NCBI RefSeq assembly: GCF_001194135.2 | Contig: NC_068981.1 | Location: forward strand, 177,850,287-177,913,941 | From: Octopus bimaculoides | Taxonomy: Eukaryota | Direction of reading: 5' to 3' | DNA length: 63,655 nucleotides | In this document: positions 26,347-40,699 of the stretch, piece after piece | How the letters are laid out: the number at the start of each line of letters is the position of its first letter | Position numbering within the stretch: position 1 is the first letter of the stretch | Program-made: the position numbers and the translations under genes | The notes under the pieces: model-generated | Database searches by the model: none | Seen by the model: only the letters and a program-made list of their open reading frames with translations | Told to the model about the DNA's origin: nothing

Positions 26347-27388
26347 TATCTGTTTTAAAGTAGTAAGAGTATGAATCAAGGTATAGCCAGCTGCTATTTC
26401 TACAAGGTTGAGTAGTAACTTTGTAGAGGTTCCTTCTTGGCTCATGATAATCACATGCTACAACATTGGACCAATTAATTATTCTGAGTCAAAGGGCTCA
26501 AAGGAATATAATCCTTTTCTACTTGATTTCTTTATTCTTATGAACAAACTGGTTGTTATTCCGACTCACCCCACTTCAGGTTTTATTTCTCATCTTATTG
26601 ATTGATTTGTTTTAAAATAGAAACCAACACTCCTAATTTTACTTCAACTATTTCAAATAAATTGCTAATCTGCTATTTCACATAATTGCTGAGGTCATAA
26701 AAAAAAAATGCAGTTTGAAGAGAAGAGAAAGAAGGGGAGAAAAGGGGAAAAAGCTAAGAGGAAACCTGTTCATTAGCAACTACTTTTAAATTGGCAAAGC
26801 TATAAGAATACAGTTAAAAGTATATCTAATAATAAATATGTATTGAAGATTATGCATACCACTTTATAAATGGAAAGCAAGCCTATTCTTGTTGTTATTG
26901 AACACAGGTAATAAAATGAAAAGTCATATGACAATATAGAAGAAAAACCCCAATTAGAAATTTGACATAGTAGAGTTGTTCAGTAATAAAATGAATTGTT
27001 TTTTCTCCTGAGGTAAAATTTCAAACTACTGTCACTGTCTTATCTTAGATGTTCAATGAACATTGGACATTTAACAACTGAAATAACTAAGTTCAGTACT
27101 TGTTTAACTAAAATTAATTCAATCAGTAATTATTGGAAAGTTGAAGTGTAGATGAAAAGCTACATTTAACACAATCCCAAAAAAAGAGCAATAGTAAAAA
27201 GTGTGCTATGCAGATCCTCCAGTTTTTTTCTCTCTTTTAGTTCTACTCTGCTTAACCACAAGAGAAACATACTGACTGTGCTCTGTCAAGGTTGTAAAAC
27301 AAATGTATTATATATTAATATTTTTGATTGGCTGAAAAATATAAACTTTTCTTACCCTCAAGATATATACTTTCACAGAGAAAACATC

Positions 27389-27425
<37 letters not shown>

Positions 27426-27871
27426 AAGAAAGAGAGAGAAAAGACAGCCGGCTAGAAAATAAAATTATTTACAGATAGGAAGCTAATTTAATTCCAGTGG
27501 GTAGTAATGTGACTCAGTTAATACCATATCAATAAAGTAATTGTAGGCTAACTATGCTTATTTCTGTGTTTTTTCTTCATTTTCCATCTGCTTTTTAATT
27601 TATTATTTTATTAAACACTTCCCAGTTAATGTTGTAGCACAGCCTGGCTTAAATAGCATGTAAAATTATCAGTCAATCAGTAATGTAACCTTCAAGGGAG
27701 ATAGATTGTTCTCACATCTTTTTTTCTTTCTTTCTTTCTTTCTTTCTTTTTGTTCTCTAGCCATCTCCTAGCTTGAAGTAAATAAGCAACTTGTTAATTA
27801 GTAGACTGAGAAAACATCTTGTTTTACACAATGACTACATATACAATCTACACTAAGATATAATGCCACAG

Positions 27872-27925
<54 letters not shown>

Positions 27926-27935
27926 TACACATGCT

Positions 27936-27970
<35 letters not shown>

Positions 27971-29721
27971 GATAGGCTCCATTTGTGTTGATGCTTCTTT
28001 ATTCTTTTTCCTAATGGAAAGACGGGTTCTTGTATAAACTCCTGTTGTTCAACAGTGTTTACAAGAATTGTTGATTTCTATGCAACCTAAAACAAAAGCA
28101 ATCATAATATAGATGTATGGCTTCAATACCACCAAAGCTTTCTCTACATCCTTATTCTAACCCTCTTCAAACTTCTGACCAATTAAGCAAGGGTGTATGA
28201 TGAGAAAGGTTAAACAGAACAGGAATAAATAAATGAGTCACCCTTTTTATTTTTACTGTTTTACTTCAATGAATAATACACTCAACTTAAATCTTTCACC
28301 CTTGATAAAACTGAATCTGTTTTAACAAGATGTGTGTTAAACACTTAAAACTACAACAATTTCCCAATAACTATTACCACTGGACATTACAATAATCAAC
28401 CGCTTCATCTAATACCTTTTCTTCTAAGTAACCATTGTTGCCATAAATCAGAAAACATCCTGACATAATAATAATAATAATAATAATATGGACTATAATA
28501 ACATTCTGTTCAATATTTTAACTAAATAGATAAATGTTATAAACCCATTTAAGCTAAACAAGGTCACTGCATGTAATAAATATTAATGCCACAGTGATAA
28601 TATTACCAACACCAATAACAAAGAGCAAATGGAAGAGGAGAGTGAATAGAACAGTTCAGATTTTGGTATGATGCTTTCTCTCAAGACTTCCCAAGCAAAA
28701 TATTCCCCTGAGTAAAATTTCTGTCTCTAACTTATCAGTACTATATCTTTAAGGCTAATTAATATCCTATAGCTATACCAAGATAAAGAAAGAACATAAT
28801 GTCAACATATATACTTCAGCTGAATGTAAACTGACTATAAAATGTTAGGATATGTTTAGGGCATCCAGATAGTACATTGTAGGTATTTGGTGAGGTGGTA
28901 AATTCAAGGAAAACTTGCAAAGCAATTATTGTTAGGTCGTATTAAAAGAGATAAAAACTAACAATTACTTCTCAGGTTGGTGTTGATAGGAAGAGAAGAG
29001 AACTATTGGGACATTTTGATGCTGGGCAGTTGCATTAACAACAACAACAACAAAAGCAGTAAATCATAGAAGCCTATTAATATCTTCAACTGATATTTAA
29101 TCAATGCAGTGCAAAATTAGTATGTACATGCTAGTAAATTTTCTTTCTTTTCATATACGGTATAGATTCTATGTAAACAGAATGTTAAAATGTGAAAACA
29201 CAAAGAGAAGAGGAATCTGCAGATATGTGTCACAGCAATAAGTAATGCGGAACAAAATATGTGTATATACCAGAGTATTCATTAACACAACACTCTAATA
29301 TACTTAAAAGTAGGGCTGTAGTCATTAACTCAGGAAAAACAATGATGAATATGTTAGAACATCCAATATTTTTCTATCTTTTTCTTTCTGAATTTTAATC
29401 CCAACTTTGTCTTTTTATCCTTCTGGGGTTGCAAGTATTGGGGCTGATGGTATCAGCTAACCCTACCTCCACAAAATTGTGCCAAAATGAAAAACAATTT
29501 ATCCATTTTTATTTCATTCTTACTAATTTTAGTTACTAGACTATAATAGCTATGCTGACCCATAGCTTCAAAGGTTTTCATTTACCATAACAACCCCAGG
29601 ACATATTTTGTTAACCTCTATTTTGCCCATGGTTAAGTTAGATTTTAACAATAAAGGAACACAGTACGAATATGGACATATGTAAACACACACACACCCT
29701 TGACAAAATATTATTTTATCA

Positions 29722-30032
29722 TAAATGCAGGAGTGGTTGTGTGGTAAGAAGTTTGCCAGGTTCAGTCCCGCTGCATGGTACTTTGGGCAAGTGTCTCCTA
29801 CTATAGATGGAAACTGAAAAAAAGCCTGTTATGTGTGAGTATGTGTTTGTCCCCCACCACTGCTTGACAACCATTGTTGGTGTGTTTACGTCGCTGTAAC
29901 CTAGCAGTTCAGCAAAAGGGAATAAGTAGCAGGCTGAAAAAAATAAATACTGGGGTTGATTCATTCAACTAAAATCCTTCAAGGCTGTAAACCCAGCATG
30001 GCTGCAGTCAAACAACCGAAGCAAGTAAAAGA
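29722..30032 (+). mobile_element. SINE family A, near full length
   Basis: Head TGGTTGTGTGGTAAG / GGTTCAGTCCC, CORE-like TTGGGCAAGTGTCT, tail CCAGCATGGCTGCAGTC. Confidence 0.85.
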
Positions 30033-31086
30033 TAAACCCAAAAGATAATATAATTGTATTTATTCTCCATACCATAAGTAATATACCATACTATCTTCCT
30101 TCAAGAGCTATGAACACTTCCTATCAGATAAACTATTAAAAACTATTAGTGATATATGGTTTCAGGGAGGAAAAAAAAATATATAGTAAGATTCATATTT
30201 TATATTGTAGTTTTAAAATGCTATCCTTTTATATAATTTTTGCTTTTTGTTTTGTTTTCTGGAAAGTATTCTTGAAAATTTAAATTAGCTTAACATAAAG
30301 TGAGAGGTGTAGGTTCGAATTTAATCAAATCCATAATATATTGTGAAATAATTTTTATCAGACTGAAGTGACATGACTGCAGATACAAATGAACCGTAAA
30401 CTATAATCCTAATTAACATTAACCTGAGAACATTTGGAAAAGTGATAAGAGGCTGTCTCAAAATATATTTAGTTTATATTCACTAAATCCAGTAGCAATG
30501 CAAAGATATAGTAGGCACCATCATGTGCATGCATGCATGCACACATACACACACTGACAAAAGAGGGGGTGGTGAAAACTTCAGCACCTCAAATTACTAT
30601 CTAGCCACTGTTAATAAATAAGACATTGCAGATATACGAAGACATCAATAAAGAAAAGTATAGCTTCATTTTCTAATTCATATTAATTGAAAATGATAAT
30701 TGAGATTTGGAATATAAGGAATGACTGAAAATATTTTGAAAACACTATTAAGAAAGAACTATTTAGCAACTGGGACGCGCGCGTGCACACACACACAGTG
30801 GTCATGACAGAACCACTCTTAGTAGTTTTCAGCCAGTTATAATTGACACATACTAACTTCAAATTTACTGATCCTTATCAAATGACTAAGTAACTTTTCC
30901 CACATATAGGGACGCATCCTTTGTCACTGGTCTATATATATGTAAGCATTGATATACACACAATAGGCTGTCACAGTTTCTATCCACCAAATTCAACTCA
31001 CAAGAAACTACAGCATGTTTCTATAACATGAAACTATGGCAGAAGATACTTGTGTAAGATACTAAACAACACCACTATGCCTTTGC

Positions 31087-31154
<68 letters not shown>

Positions 31155-31764
31155 TGATAAAACTTCATGCCACTCTAATTCATAACATGCAATTAATAAT
31201 AAAGATGCATTAAAACTTTATCTCAAGTATGAAAATATGTGATTCATACTAGTTCAATCTTAGCTCTTGACTTTCAGATTTTTTTTTACTTTTTATGATG
31301 AATCTTCATACAAAGAAAAAGTGATTTAGTTGTCACCATCAATTGTATTTTGTCAGACTCTAACCATCCGCCAGTAATGTCAAACAATGTTTTATCATCA
31401 TTTGTTCCACCAACAGTGTTCAGCCTTGCATGAGGTACAATTCAAGTAAGCCTGTGCATCCAAACTTTTTAAATTCCATTAAGTATTCTATGAATCTGCT
31501 TCAGTTATCTCTAGATAATGGAGTTACTACTTTTCCTACATGCTGAACAAGGTCATCTTAAATTATGTTGATTTGTCAAAATATTGATCATAGATAAAAA
31601 AAACTCCAACCTCCTTCATTGTTTTACTACTTTAGAAGTACAGTGAATCTTCAATTTAAGACTTACAGAGGGGTAGAAGATATGTCTGTTGCAAGTTCAT
31701 TAAACTGAAGTTAATGTAGGAGCCAATAAAAAATTTTGTTTTTTTAAACAGAAAATGATTAAAA

Positions 31765-31975
31765 GGAGGTGGGCTAGCAGAATTGTTAACATGCCAAGCA
31801 AAATGTTTAGCAGCATTTCATCTACCTTTACATTGAGTTCAGATTTGCATTTCATCTTTGCAGTGTTAACAAAATAAGTACTAGTTGAGCAGTGGGGTCA
31901 ATGTAATCGACTTACCCTCTCCCCACAAAAAAAAATTGCTGGCCTTGTGCCAAAATTTGAACCCGATATAAAAAA
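31765..31975 (+). mobile_element. tRNA-headed SINE with a Nin/Deu-like central domain (family B, my label)
   Basis: A-box-like CTAGCAGAATTGTTA, B-box-like GAGTTCAGAT, core AAAATAAGTACTAGTTGAGCAGTGGGGTCAATGTAATCGAC, tail GCTGGCCTTGTGCCAAAATTTGAA. Confidence 0.8.
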
Positions 31976-32376
31976 GGTTAAATATTTATTACTACGCAAT
32001 ATAAACTTGCTATATTAAAATGAAAAGTATATACACAATCTAACTGTAATATAGTTAGAAGCAGACTGAGACAAAAGTGAGTTTTGCCCAGTAACAATGC
32101 AATATGAAGTGTTCATGATCCCATGTGTACATACATACATACCCTGATATATACAAATACATAACCACAAATCTCCACCTTTCTTTTTTTAACTCCTCAA
32201 TCAGGGAGTCATTATGCAGTTGCTCACCATGCTACAAATAGCAGCTAAATCTTCAAATCAAAACCTACCAAATGAGAAAAATAAAGATAGGATAATCTAC
32301 CCCTAGATATCCCTGTAATACTAGCTAGCCATGGCTGGAATGTCTTTCCCTGTAAGTTTATTCAATCACATACCCG

Positions 32377-32753
32377 TCAGAGTGTAAGTATCTTGAGAGA
32401 AAAGCTGAACATTAGAAGCATCAGTTGTGGCGTGCAAGAGAGACGATTGCGCTGGTATGGACATGTGGTGAGAATGGAGGAGGATAGCTGCGTGAAAAAG
32501 TGCCACACCCTAACAGTTGAGGGAACCCGTGGAAGAGGTAGGCCCAGGAAGACCTGGGCTGAGGTGGTGAGGCAAGACCTTCGTACATTGGGCCTCACCG
32601 NNNNNNNNNNAGGAAGGGCATCCAGCTGTAGAAACTCTGCCAAATCAGACTGGAGCCTGGTGTTGCCATCCGGTTTCACCAGTTCTCAGTCAAATCGTCC
32701 AACCCATGCTAGCATGGAAAGCGGACGTTAAACGATGATGATGATGATGATGA
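32377..32753 (+). mobile_element. RTE LINE 3' fragment containing an assembly gap
   Basis: RRLRWYGHVVRMEEDSCVKKC...GRGRPRKTW and the family 3' end with (GAT)n. N10 at 32601-32610 sits where the 66-bp array lies in other copies. Confidence 0.92.
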
Positions 32754-32959
32754 TATATATAAAAATAAAATTTATTAAGCATTTTATTCTTATTGTTATG
32801 AGTTTTTCTTCTTTCAATTTTGTTTCCATTGCTCGCTAAGTGTCTTCCCAACATTCAGCAAGGAAGCAACTCACTGTTATACATTGATAGGCCATTAAAA
32901 TAAACAAGCAGAATAAAGTTATGTAGAAAAAAATTATTTACACATTTGGTAATTATTCT

Positions 32960-33095
32960 CACAGTAACAATGATCTTCTCAATACATGCGGCACACCAAT
33001 TAAAACAATCTTTTGCACTTCTTGCAGGGATGGTAGGCCAGGAATCAATCTCAAGCAATTTTCAGTTCCTTTTTTGATCATTATTATTATTGGTG
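32960..33095 (-). mobile_element. 3' end of an R4/Dong-like (RLE) non-LTR retrotransposon
   Basis: MIKKGTENCLRLIPGLPSLQEVQKIVLIGVPHVLRRSL resembles the terminal LQK..LLGTA.ILR..L motif of R4/Dong ORFs (recalled). Confidence 0.6.
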
Positions 33096-33124
33096 TGGCT
33101 GGTATTATTATTATTATCATTGTA

Positions 33125-33159
<35 letters not shown>

Positions 33160-34338
33160 CCAGTTTGTCAAATCCCAAATCTCCAAATTTGGAGTCCTTT
33201 AAACTAAAAGTTTACTGAATACATAAAACTGCTTTGGTAACAGAAAACCAAACAAGAACTGTTCCAATTGCTACAGGGATTAGAAAGTAACAGATACAAA
33301 ATTTCATCAAATCAACTATTGTCACTGGATAAATATTTTAAATTCACATACATTGGATGACTTGCCTTTAGAATTTATTCATCTACAACAATTGTATTGC
33401 TCACAGCATTACATTCTAGAAAAAATATTTGTATCAAGGACTTGCAGATTCTGTAAATAATTGCTTAAGATTGACAAAAACAAAAAGAAAAAAAAATAGT
33501 TTCTTGTTTTTATCAGGTGTTTCAGCTGTTTCTGATTTAGGAGGAGAGCTTTTATGCTTGCTCATCAATGAAGAAGCTAACTGTACATAATTTATCTTAA
33601 TTGCATCTTGTATTAACCTAGCATTATCCTTATCTATTCCTCATCTGCTCCATTAAGTTTATCACATGAGTTTTCATTTTTGTTTATAACACAAAATCAG
33701 GATACTTTGTGGATTAAATTTAAATGAACTCAGACTGTATCTTATCCATGTTGACAACTGTAATATCTCAATAATTACTTCAAGACCACTACATTGTACT
33801 ATTGTTTACCAAGAAGCTTTAGTTTATTTAGCAACTATGTAGCCTGGATTTGATGTTACTGCACAGTACTTGTTTGCAACTATCTTCAACAACAACTTCA
33901 GGTAAATCAATACTTTTGCAAAGGGAATTTGATACACCGAAATGATGCAGAAGTTTGTTGTTGTATTTTGTTGCTGATATACAATATCGAAAGATGTAAA
34001 TATTAGCAAGGAAACTTTAAAAGCAGGTGCTCTTTGCACCAAGTCTTTTACAGTATTTGTTCTGGACCATGCTGGAGACTTTTTTTTTTTGCCATCAGAA
34101 ATGCAGTGAAGCAGGAATGAACCATAAGAAAGCCATAACTCTATTCTAACTAATCAGTTTGCAAATGTAGAAGTAAGGATTCCAGCTGAACATACAGCTC
34201 CCTTTATTTCAACATTCATGCATTTTAGAATGTTTGTTCCGTTGTAACAATCATGGGGCATTTTCTACTTAGCATTTGTTTTCATTTTGAGAAGTTTTAT
34301 ATGTATGAATGTGTGTGTGATCACAATATACACACAAT

Positions 34339-34370
<32 letters not shown>

Positions 34371-37300
34371 ATAATCAGTGATTAGATAACAGAGTGATAG
34401 TGCTGCTAATTAGCTTCTTTGTTTAAAAAAAAAATTCAGAGGACATTTAATTCTAATTTCCATGCCACAATCACTGGCTCAAGTTACAGGATATATTATA
34501 TATATTTTTATCACGTTGTGAATGTTGTAGTGTCCAACCTAAATAAATTTTCTCTGATCATTTTTGTAAATACACCATTTTTATTTTATACTAAAAACAA
34601 CTATGATAAAAATTAAAAAATAAACATGTGTACATGATATAATTAAGATTTTAATGTCAGATGGTTTTACTGGTTTAAAAATATACCATGATCTTTATTT
34701 AGATAATAGAGAAAGGTGTAAAAAACAGATTTCAAGTAGTTTGTACATGCTGTAACAATGTAACAACATCTAAACATAGTATTTGAGTAAAATCCCATTA
34801 GCTTTTACCAATTATTAAATCAACTAAATATGAAAGATGGTGAGTCAAAGACTAACTTATGTAATACATTTTAGTTCACAGCCTTGAGCACAGTAGTATC
34901 TGTACTTGAGTTTCACATCAAGAACATAAAAATGTATATCTCACAAACAACAAGATTAAATCACATATCCATAATATTGGAGCTATGACCTCTTAATGCA
35001 GGGTTTAAAAAAACTGAAAATACTCAAAACATGTAAAATATTGAGATTTGTGAGTAGACATTTGCAAACAGTTAATTTTGTACTGATGACTTACATTTTA
35101 GATTGACTGATCTACTTTTAGTTTGACAAGATTTTAACATGGGGTTTGTCAGTTCCCGCTGTATCAGGTATTTGGCTGAGCATCAGATCTGAAATTCCCA
35201 GTAAAATGGAATTATAGCTTGAACAGATTAAACTTACCAGGTTAAGCCACACAACAAACCCTTAGAGTTTATAAGATTTACAAATTTCAAATAATACCTA
35301 AGTCATTCATAAACATTCCTTATCTCTATCAGACAACTTCACATACATTTGATCAATCAATTACACCTTGATTACATGGACATTTTCTAAAACAATAAAT
35401 ATTTCCTAGGTGGTGTAGATTGCAAGATTAACTAATTTGGTAGAGAAACATAATTCATACCTGCCAGAGACAAGACACTCATGGGTGTCTCAATTTGCTA
35501 ATATTACAACTACATATTTACAATTTAAAGTTTCAGGACTACAAAACTTAAACTATTAAAGCTTTAAACAACACACTCAACACAATTTTCTGATTAACTC
35601 CCCAATTCCATAGTTTACTGAAAAGAGAAGTCAATGTTTATGACACTTCACAGAGCTTCTGAGAGTGGTAGGAGGAAAGGGGGAAGATATCCTCCAACTA
35701 GAGACAAAGCCTAAACGTTTACAACAGAATGGACTCCACTAAAGATACACCAAAGTGCCAAGAAATAGTGTTAAACCAGTTGACAGATAAGTTGATCACA
35801 CACACATAGGCAACGGCATGATTTGAACTCAGAACACTAAGGAGCTGGAACAAATGCCATAAGGCATCCAGTCTACCAGTCCACCATCCTAGATCAGTAC
35901 AAGAAAGCAAAGTTAAGCTTGTTGAAACTTGAACTCAAGAGCCAGGGAATCAGAACTACCATGAGGCATTTTATTTGATATTCTAACATATGTCAATTCA
36001 AAGCTCAAGTGTAGAGGACTATGATAGACTAAACGGTTATTGTTGGTTATTCTGTTTTGAGTTTGAGACATGGTAATTTAACAATAGGCTCATACAGTAA
36101 CTATAACAGTGATAAATGTCAAAAACTAAAGTATATCTCAAATACTCAGTTTGTGATATTCTAAAATTGGTATAACTTTAGATAGGTTTCAGCTGTTAGT
36201 AGCTCAGACTACAGCCTAACTCAACAGCATGCAGAACAACTTGGTACATCTGAATTTTCTATAGGCTCCTTGTGTTTTGTAGAAGATTACTGAAGTGTAG
36301 TTAAATTGAATTATGACTTGAAATATTCAATCAAGAATTTATTAATTCTTAAGCATCACCATCTGTTTTTGGAAGGAAGCTGTGATTGTTGTAGTCTGAA
36401 CAAAATACCAGGTGTGGAAAAATCTATTCTTCATGACTCAACAATATAATATATACCTTTATAATATTTTCATTAATTGAACCAGGTTTTTCTTTTCATT
36501 TTAGTAAATGAATAGACCTTGTAATTTGCAGGTCTCTTTTACTAAATCTAGTAAGTTATGTCATAAGTTTCATAAATGGTAAGTTGTACTGAAAATGCCA
36601 ACTTGTTTCATAATTTCTTTATCAAAAACAAATTTTACAATTACAAGAGAAATTCAGAATGTTTCAATTCAAAAGCATTGAAGTTAGATGTAAGATTCAA
36701 GATTCTGATGTCTTTTGTTTGTTTGTTTTTTCCTGCTGTCTCATTCTTTTAATCCCACTCATCTATTTTGCTCATGAAAAAATAAGGGAAAGGAAACAAC
36801 TCATCAACAAAAAAGTTACAGTGAAAAGTATTTTTTTCTGAAAACCATGTACAGGATATGTATGAAAATGTCAAGTTAGCCATCTGTAAATGGAAGTAGC
36901 TAAAGTCTCAGTTTTCAGTGGTTTCTGCCAGGAGATGCAAGGGGGAACTACTAATACTAATTCTCTTAGCTTTAAATTGTAAGATGAAGTTAGGTGACAA
37001 ATCTGAAAATTTGTTTAGGAATGATCCAACTGACCAATCAAATAACAGTTTTGCAATTATTATTTCCCACTTAAAAATGTCAAGCATTCTATCTGAGCTT
37101 AAAAGTTTCAACACCTAATTTTAACAGACCCAATTTTTTTTTTGTTGTATGTGTCATTTTCGCAGTTGTAGATAACCTTTTAAATATCTCCCTTATTTCG
37201 GTGACAAAATTATTATCGAATGCATACAACAAAAAATTTTCAAATATTATTTCAAACAAAGCAGGCATAGTTAGAAGATTTCCTTTGCTGTTGTGAACTA

Positions 37301-38199
37301 AAGGTAAGCAGATATTAGTAATCCATACTTAAAGTAAAATGTGAAGAGCTTGAATGACTTACATGCTTGAACATAATAGTGTAATAACTACAGTTCCAGT
37401 TTGCCTCTGTCAACCTTAGCAGATGACAAATAAAACTCTCACTTCACAGTTGTTAATATGAGGAACACCACTTAGTTGTATGATAAGATATGAAGTCCAA
37501 TTTTAAGTTAAATTGACAAAATCATGTACAACATAAGTAAATTATTATATACAATTTAGTTTACTGTTTCTATAATTGTAGCAGTTACTCATAACCATCA
37601 TTATGAACAATTATCTGATTTAGACAAGCATGAAACATGTAAGCCTAAATAATGACATCAGCTTCCATACTTATGCCTAAACTGTTACTGAGATACTAAC
37701 CCTACATCAAATCAATGAATCAAACCTACTATGACCAAACAAATTTACATTGTTTGACAACACAACAAAAACTTTATAAAAACAAAAACAGACTAGATGT
37801 AAATTGGTCAAACTGTTCATTACTCTCCATCACAAACAACCAAATACAGTAACTTGGTTGTACAACACATTTTCTCAACACCAAACTAAAGCATAACATT
37901 TTGTGTTAGATCTGTAGATGAGTTTTAAGTCATTAGTTGAAGTTAGTTAATTTAACTGCAACTCTCAAAGTGGTTTTTAGGATTTTTACATACGATTTTC
38001 ATCTCACAATAATTATTATTTAGCAATATTGTTACTCTTCCTTTCATTAACTCTAAATAAAATATCTGTTAGTTATTATTGTAACAATAACATCAACTTC
38101 ATGATTACAAATGCTGTCATTGTTTAAAATTATAAAGGAGTAGCTCTTTTTTTTTTTTTATATGGGCTAAAGGACAAGACAAATTTCAGAACTGTAATA

Positions 38200-38683
38200 A
38201 AATATGATGGATGTGGGGTGGAATATAGTCATGAAAGAGACAATAATGCAGTAGAGGCAGAAAAGAGAGGATAAAGACAGGACACCCATCTTTTGTGACC
38301 AATTCTTCTATTGATATGTGCAGTGATTATGTCTTTTTGCTGTTGCAGGAGACAAGATTAGCTTGATCCCATTGGAGAATATTTTGCAGTTTCTGTTCAT
38401 AAAGTTATGGGCAGATTTAGCACAAGGTACCTGGGCTATGTTGCATATGGCTGGTACTTTGGTGCTAAAAGTTAAGGAGATATGAAGGAAAATATCATCA
38501 TAGGAATGGGTTTTGTCAGAGGTGGTAACAAGCAGGTTGCTGATGTATAGGAGAAAAAGAGTGAGGACAATGCCAAAGCTTGGGGTACGTCAAAAGTAAG
38601 AGTCAGTAAATGTCCCATCAGCACACACTCAACTAGTGCAATCTAACAGGAAGCCACTGTTCTGAAAGACAAGGGAAGGATGA

Positions 38684-38721
<38 letters not shown>

Positions 38722-38823
38722 NNNNNNNNNNNNNNNNNNNNNNNNNNNNNNNNNNNNNNNNNNNNNNNNNNNNNNNNNNNNNNNNNNNNNNNNNNNNNNN
38801 NNNNNNNNNNNNNNNNNNNNNNN

Positions 38824-38865
<42 letters not shown>

Positions 38866-39480
38866 ATACAGATGCTAGCTTAGGAATGCATTGTTTGAGG
38901 AAAATGGAAGGAACATTGTGTGATGGATGGTAACTTTGTTGACTTGATGTGACTGGAGCTACTTTTACACTTGGTGTGTATGTGTGCAAGGTGTATTTTG
39001 TACCTGGGACTCAGAAAGGGATAGTTTTGAAAAAAAATTTACTTGTATAACGTGGAGTCAGATGGAAAGCAAGCAGCAAATGTAGATGTTTTCCCAGTGG
39101 AGTACTATCCACAAACCACCATAGTAGTGAAGTGAAGGAAAGGAGAATTTTACAAAGTTGGTAGCTATCCTTTTGGCAAAGGACCAAAAGGATCAGTTGC
39201 AGTTTTAGAAGGTGTGAAAGTTTGTGTGTGGCTGTGTGGTGCACAGAGACATCACATTTCAGCTGATGGCAGGAGCTGTGGTATTAGCAAAAGTGGTCCA
39301 GTTTGTATGGGCAGGCAATTTTCTCCAAGCATTAAGACCATACTTGTTATCTGAATCCCTTTCACTTTGGGCTGTCAATTTTGGTTATATAGGATGCTGA
39401 GGGGCATGCTTAAGATAGTTTCAATCATCCACCGACTGTTCCTGATGGGCCAGAAGTGAAGCACATGGCTACCAGGGTTA
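38200..39480 (-). mobile_element. Degenerate L2/CR1/Jockey-type LINE RT relic interrupted by a microsatellite and gap
   Basis: Frameshifted remnants (D/G)VPQ...LTLFLLYISNLL.TTS.KTHSYDD and VPSIFLKQCIPKL (compare GPDGIP..FLK.C..EL). Confidence 0.6.
38685..38861. other. (TG)n - assembly gap N102 (38722-38823) - (GA)n; other gaps at 32601-32610, 59520-59574 and 63130-63184
   Basis: Runs of n, mostly at simple or tandem repeats. Confidence 0.98.
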
Positions 39481-40699
39481 AGTTGTATGATTATGAATAT
39501 AAAATCCACTTTCTACTAATTCTGATTTCTACACACCTGCACACACACACATACACAAAACTAAAACAAAAGTTTAGTATAATATTTAAATTAATTAGTT
39601 ACTGGAAAATTTAAACTTACATGGACAGAATTTGAACTCATAAATCTAGTAGGAGCCTTAAACCAATATAATTCACTATAACTATTGAGAATGTAGATAA
39701 ATCTTAATAATAACCAGAGCAAGAACTAGTTAAAATGTTAAAATACACAATAATAACAGTAAATAGAATGTTATATTATTCATTTACACATAAACCTATT
39801 TCTGACAGTTCCCTTTCTTACAGCTCAGCATTTTAAATACAACTTAATTGTAAACTTGTGAAGATTATTGCTATTGTTTAGCCTTAGATCAGACCTAGCT
39901 GATAAGATCAAAATAAGATCAAAAGTGTTCAAGCCATGACCTGCCTAACTTTTGTAATTCTAGCACTATACTATCCAATGTGTTAGCTATTTCTGGAAAG
40001 TCAACATAGATGATTTCAGATGACTTGTGATGATTTTAATGGAATGATTCAAAGTGTTGACATTATACAGAAAATTTCAAATAAACACACAGCTAATCCA
40101 ATCAGAATATGTGATAAGACCTACTAATTAAACAAAATACAATAAAAACACATTATCGCAGGCTGAAACTGATTTTGCTTATTAAAAGTAGTTACTTCAT
40201 TTTGCGTTTATATGAATTTGCTGGTGAGTCACAGGTGTTTATACTACAATGTTGAGCAAGGGACATTTTATTTCTACTCATTACTATCAACATAGCAAGA
40301 AATAGGTGGTACTCCAACTTCACACCTGAGTGGTGAGTAGTAGAAGAATGCAGTCATCTACAAAAATACTTGCTCTAACAAAATGTAAACATCCAAATTT
40401 ACAAGTGCATCTGCTCTTGATCAGCTTATAACACACGTTTACATGAACATTAAATATTCAAGTACACTGTGAAAATAAGTTAATTTTATAACTAAGAAAA
40501 ATGAACAGCAATTAATCTATGCTAGTTACAAAAGTAACTCACTTGAAGTTTACAATATTTATTTCTAATGTAAACTTTCATCACAGTTGTTATATCACTA
40601 TTCATTCGTATTCTGCTTACTCATATTTACAACTTTATACATTTATTACTTAAACATTTTTGCATCTGTTTTCCAAGGCTAAATTAATTTATTCAGAGA

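Noticed and set aside
29722-29790. tRNA genes at SINE heads
   Set aside because: A/B boxes are present but there is no complete cloverleaf; these are SINE 5' ends.
31320-31570. Possible transposase remnant
   Set aside because: No recognisable motif or terminal repeats.
34170-34215. AVCSA peptide as the missing ZMIZ exon (LAVCAA)
   Set aside because: Flanking residues do not match, a stop follows, and there are no suitable splice sites. The same applies to LAVC at about 40085 and SEWCA at about 52450.
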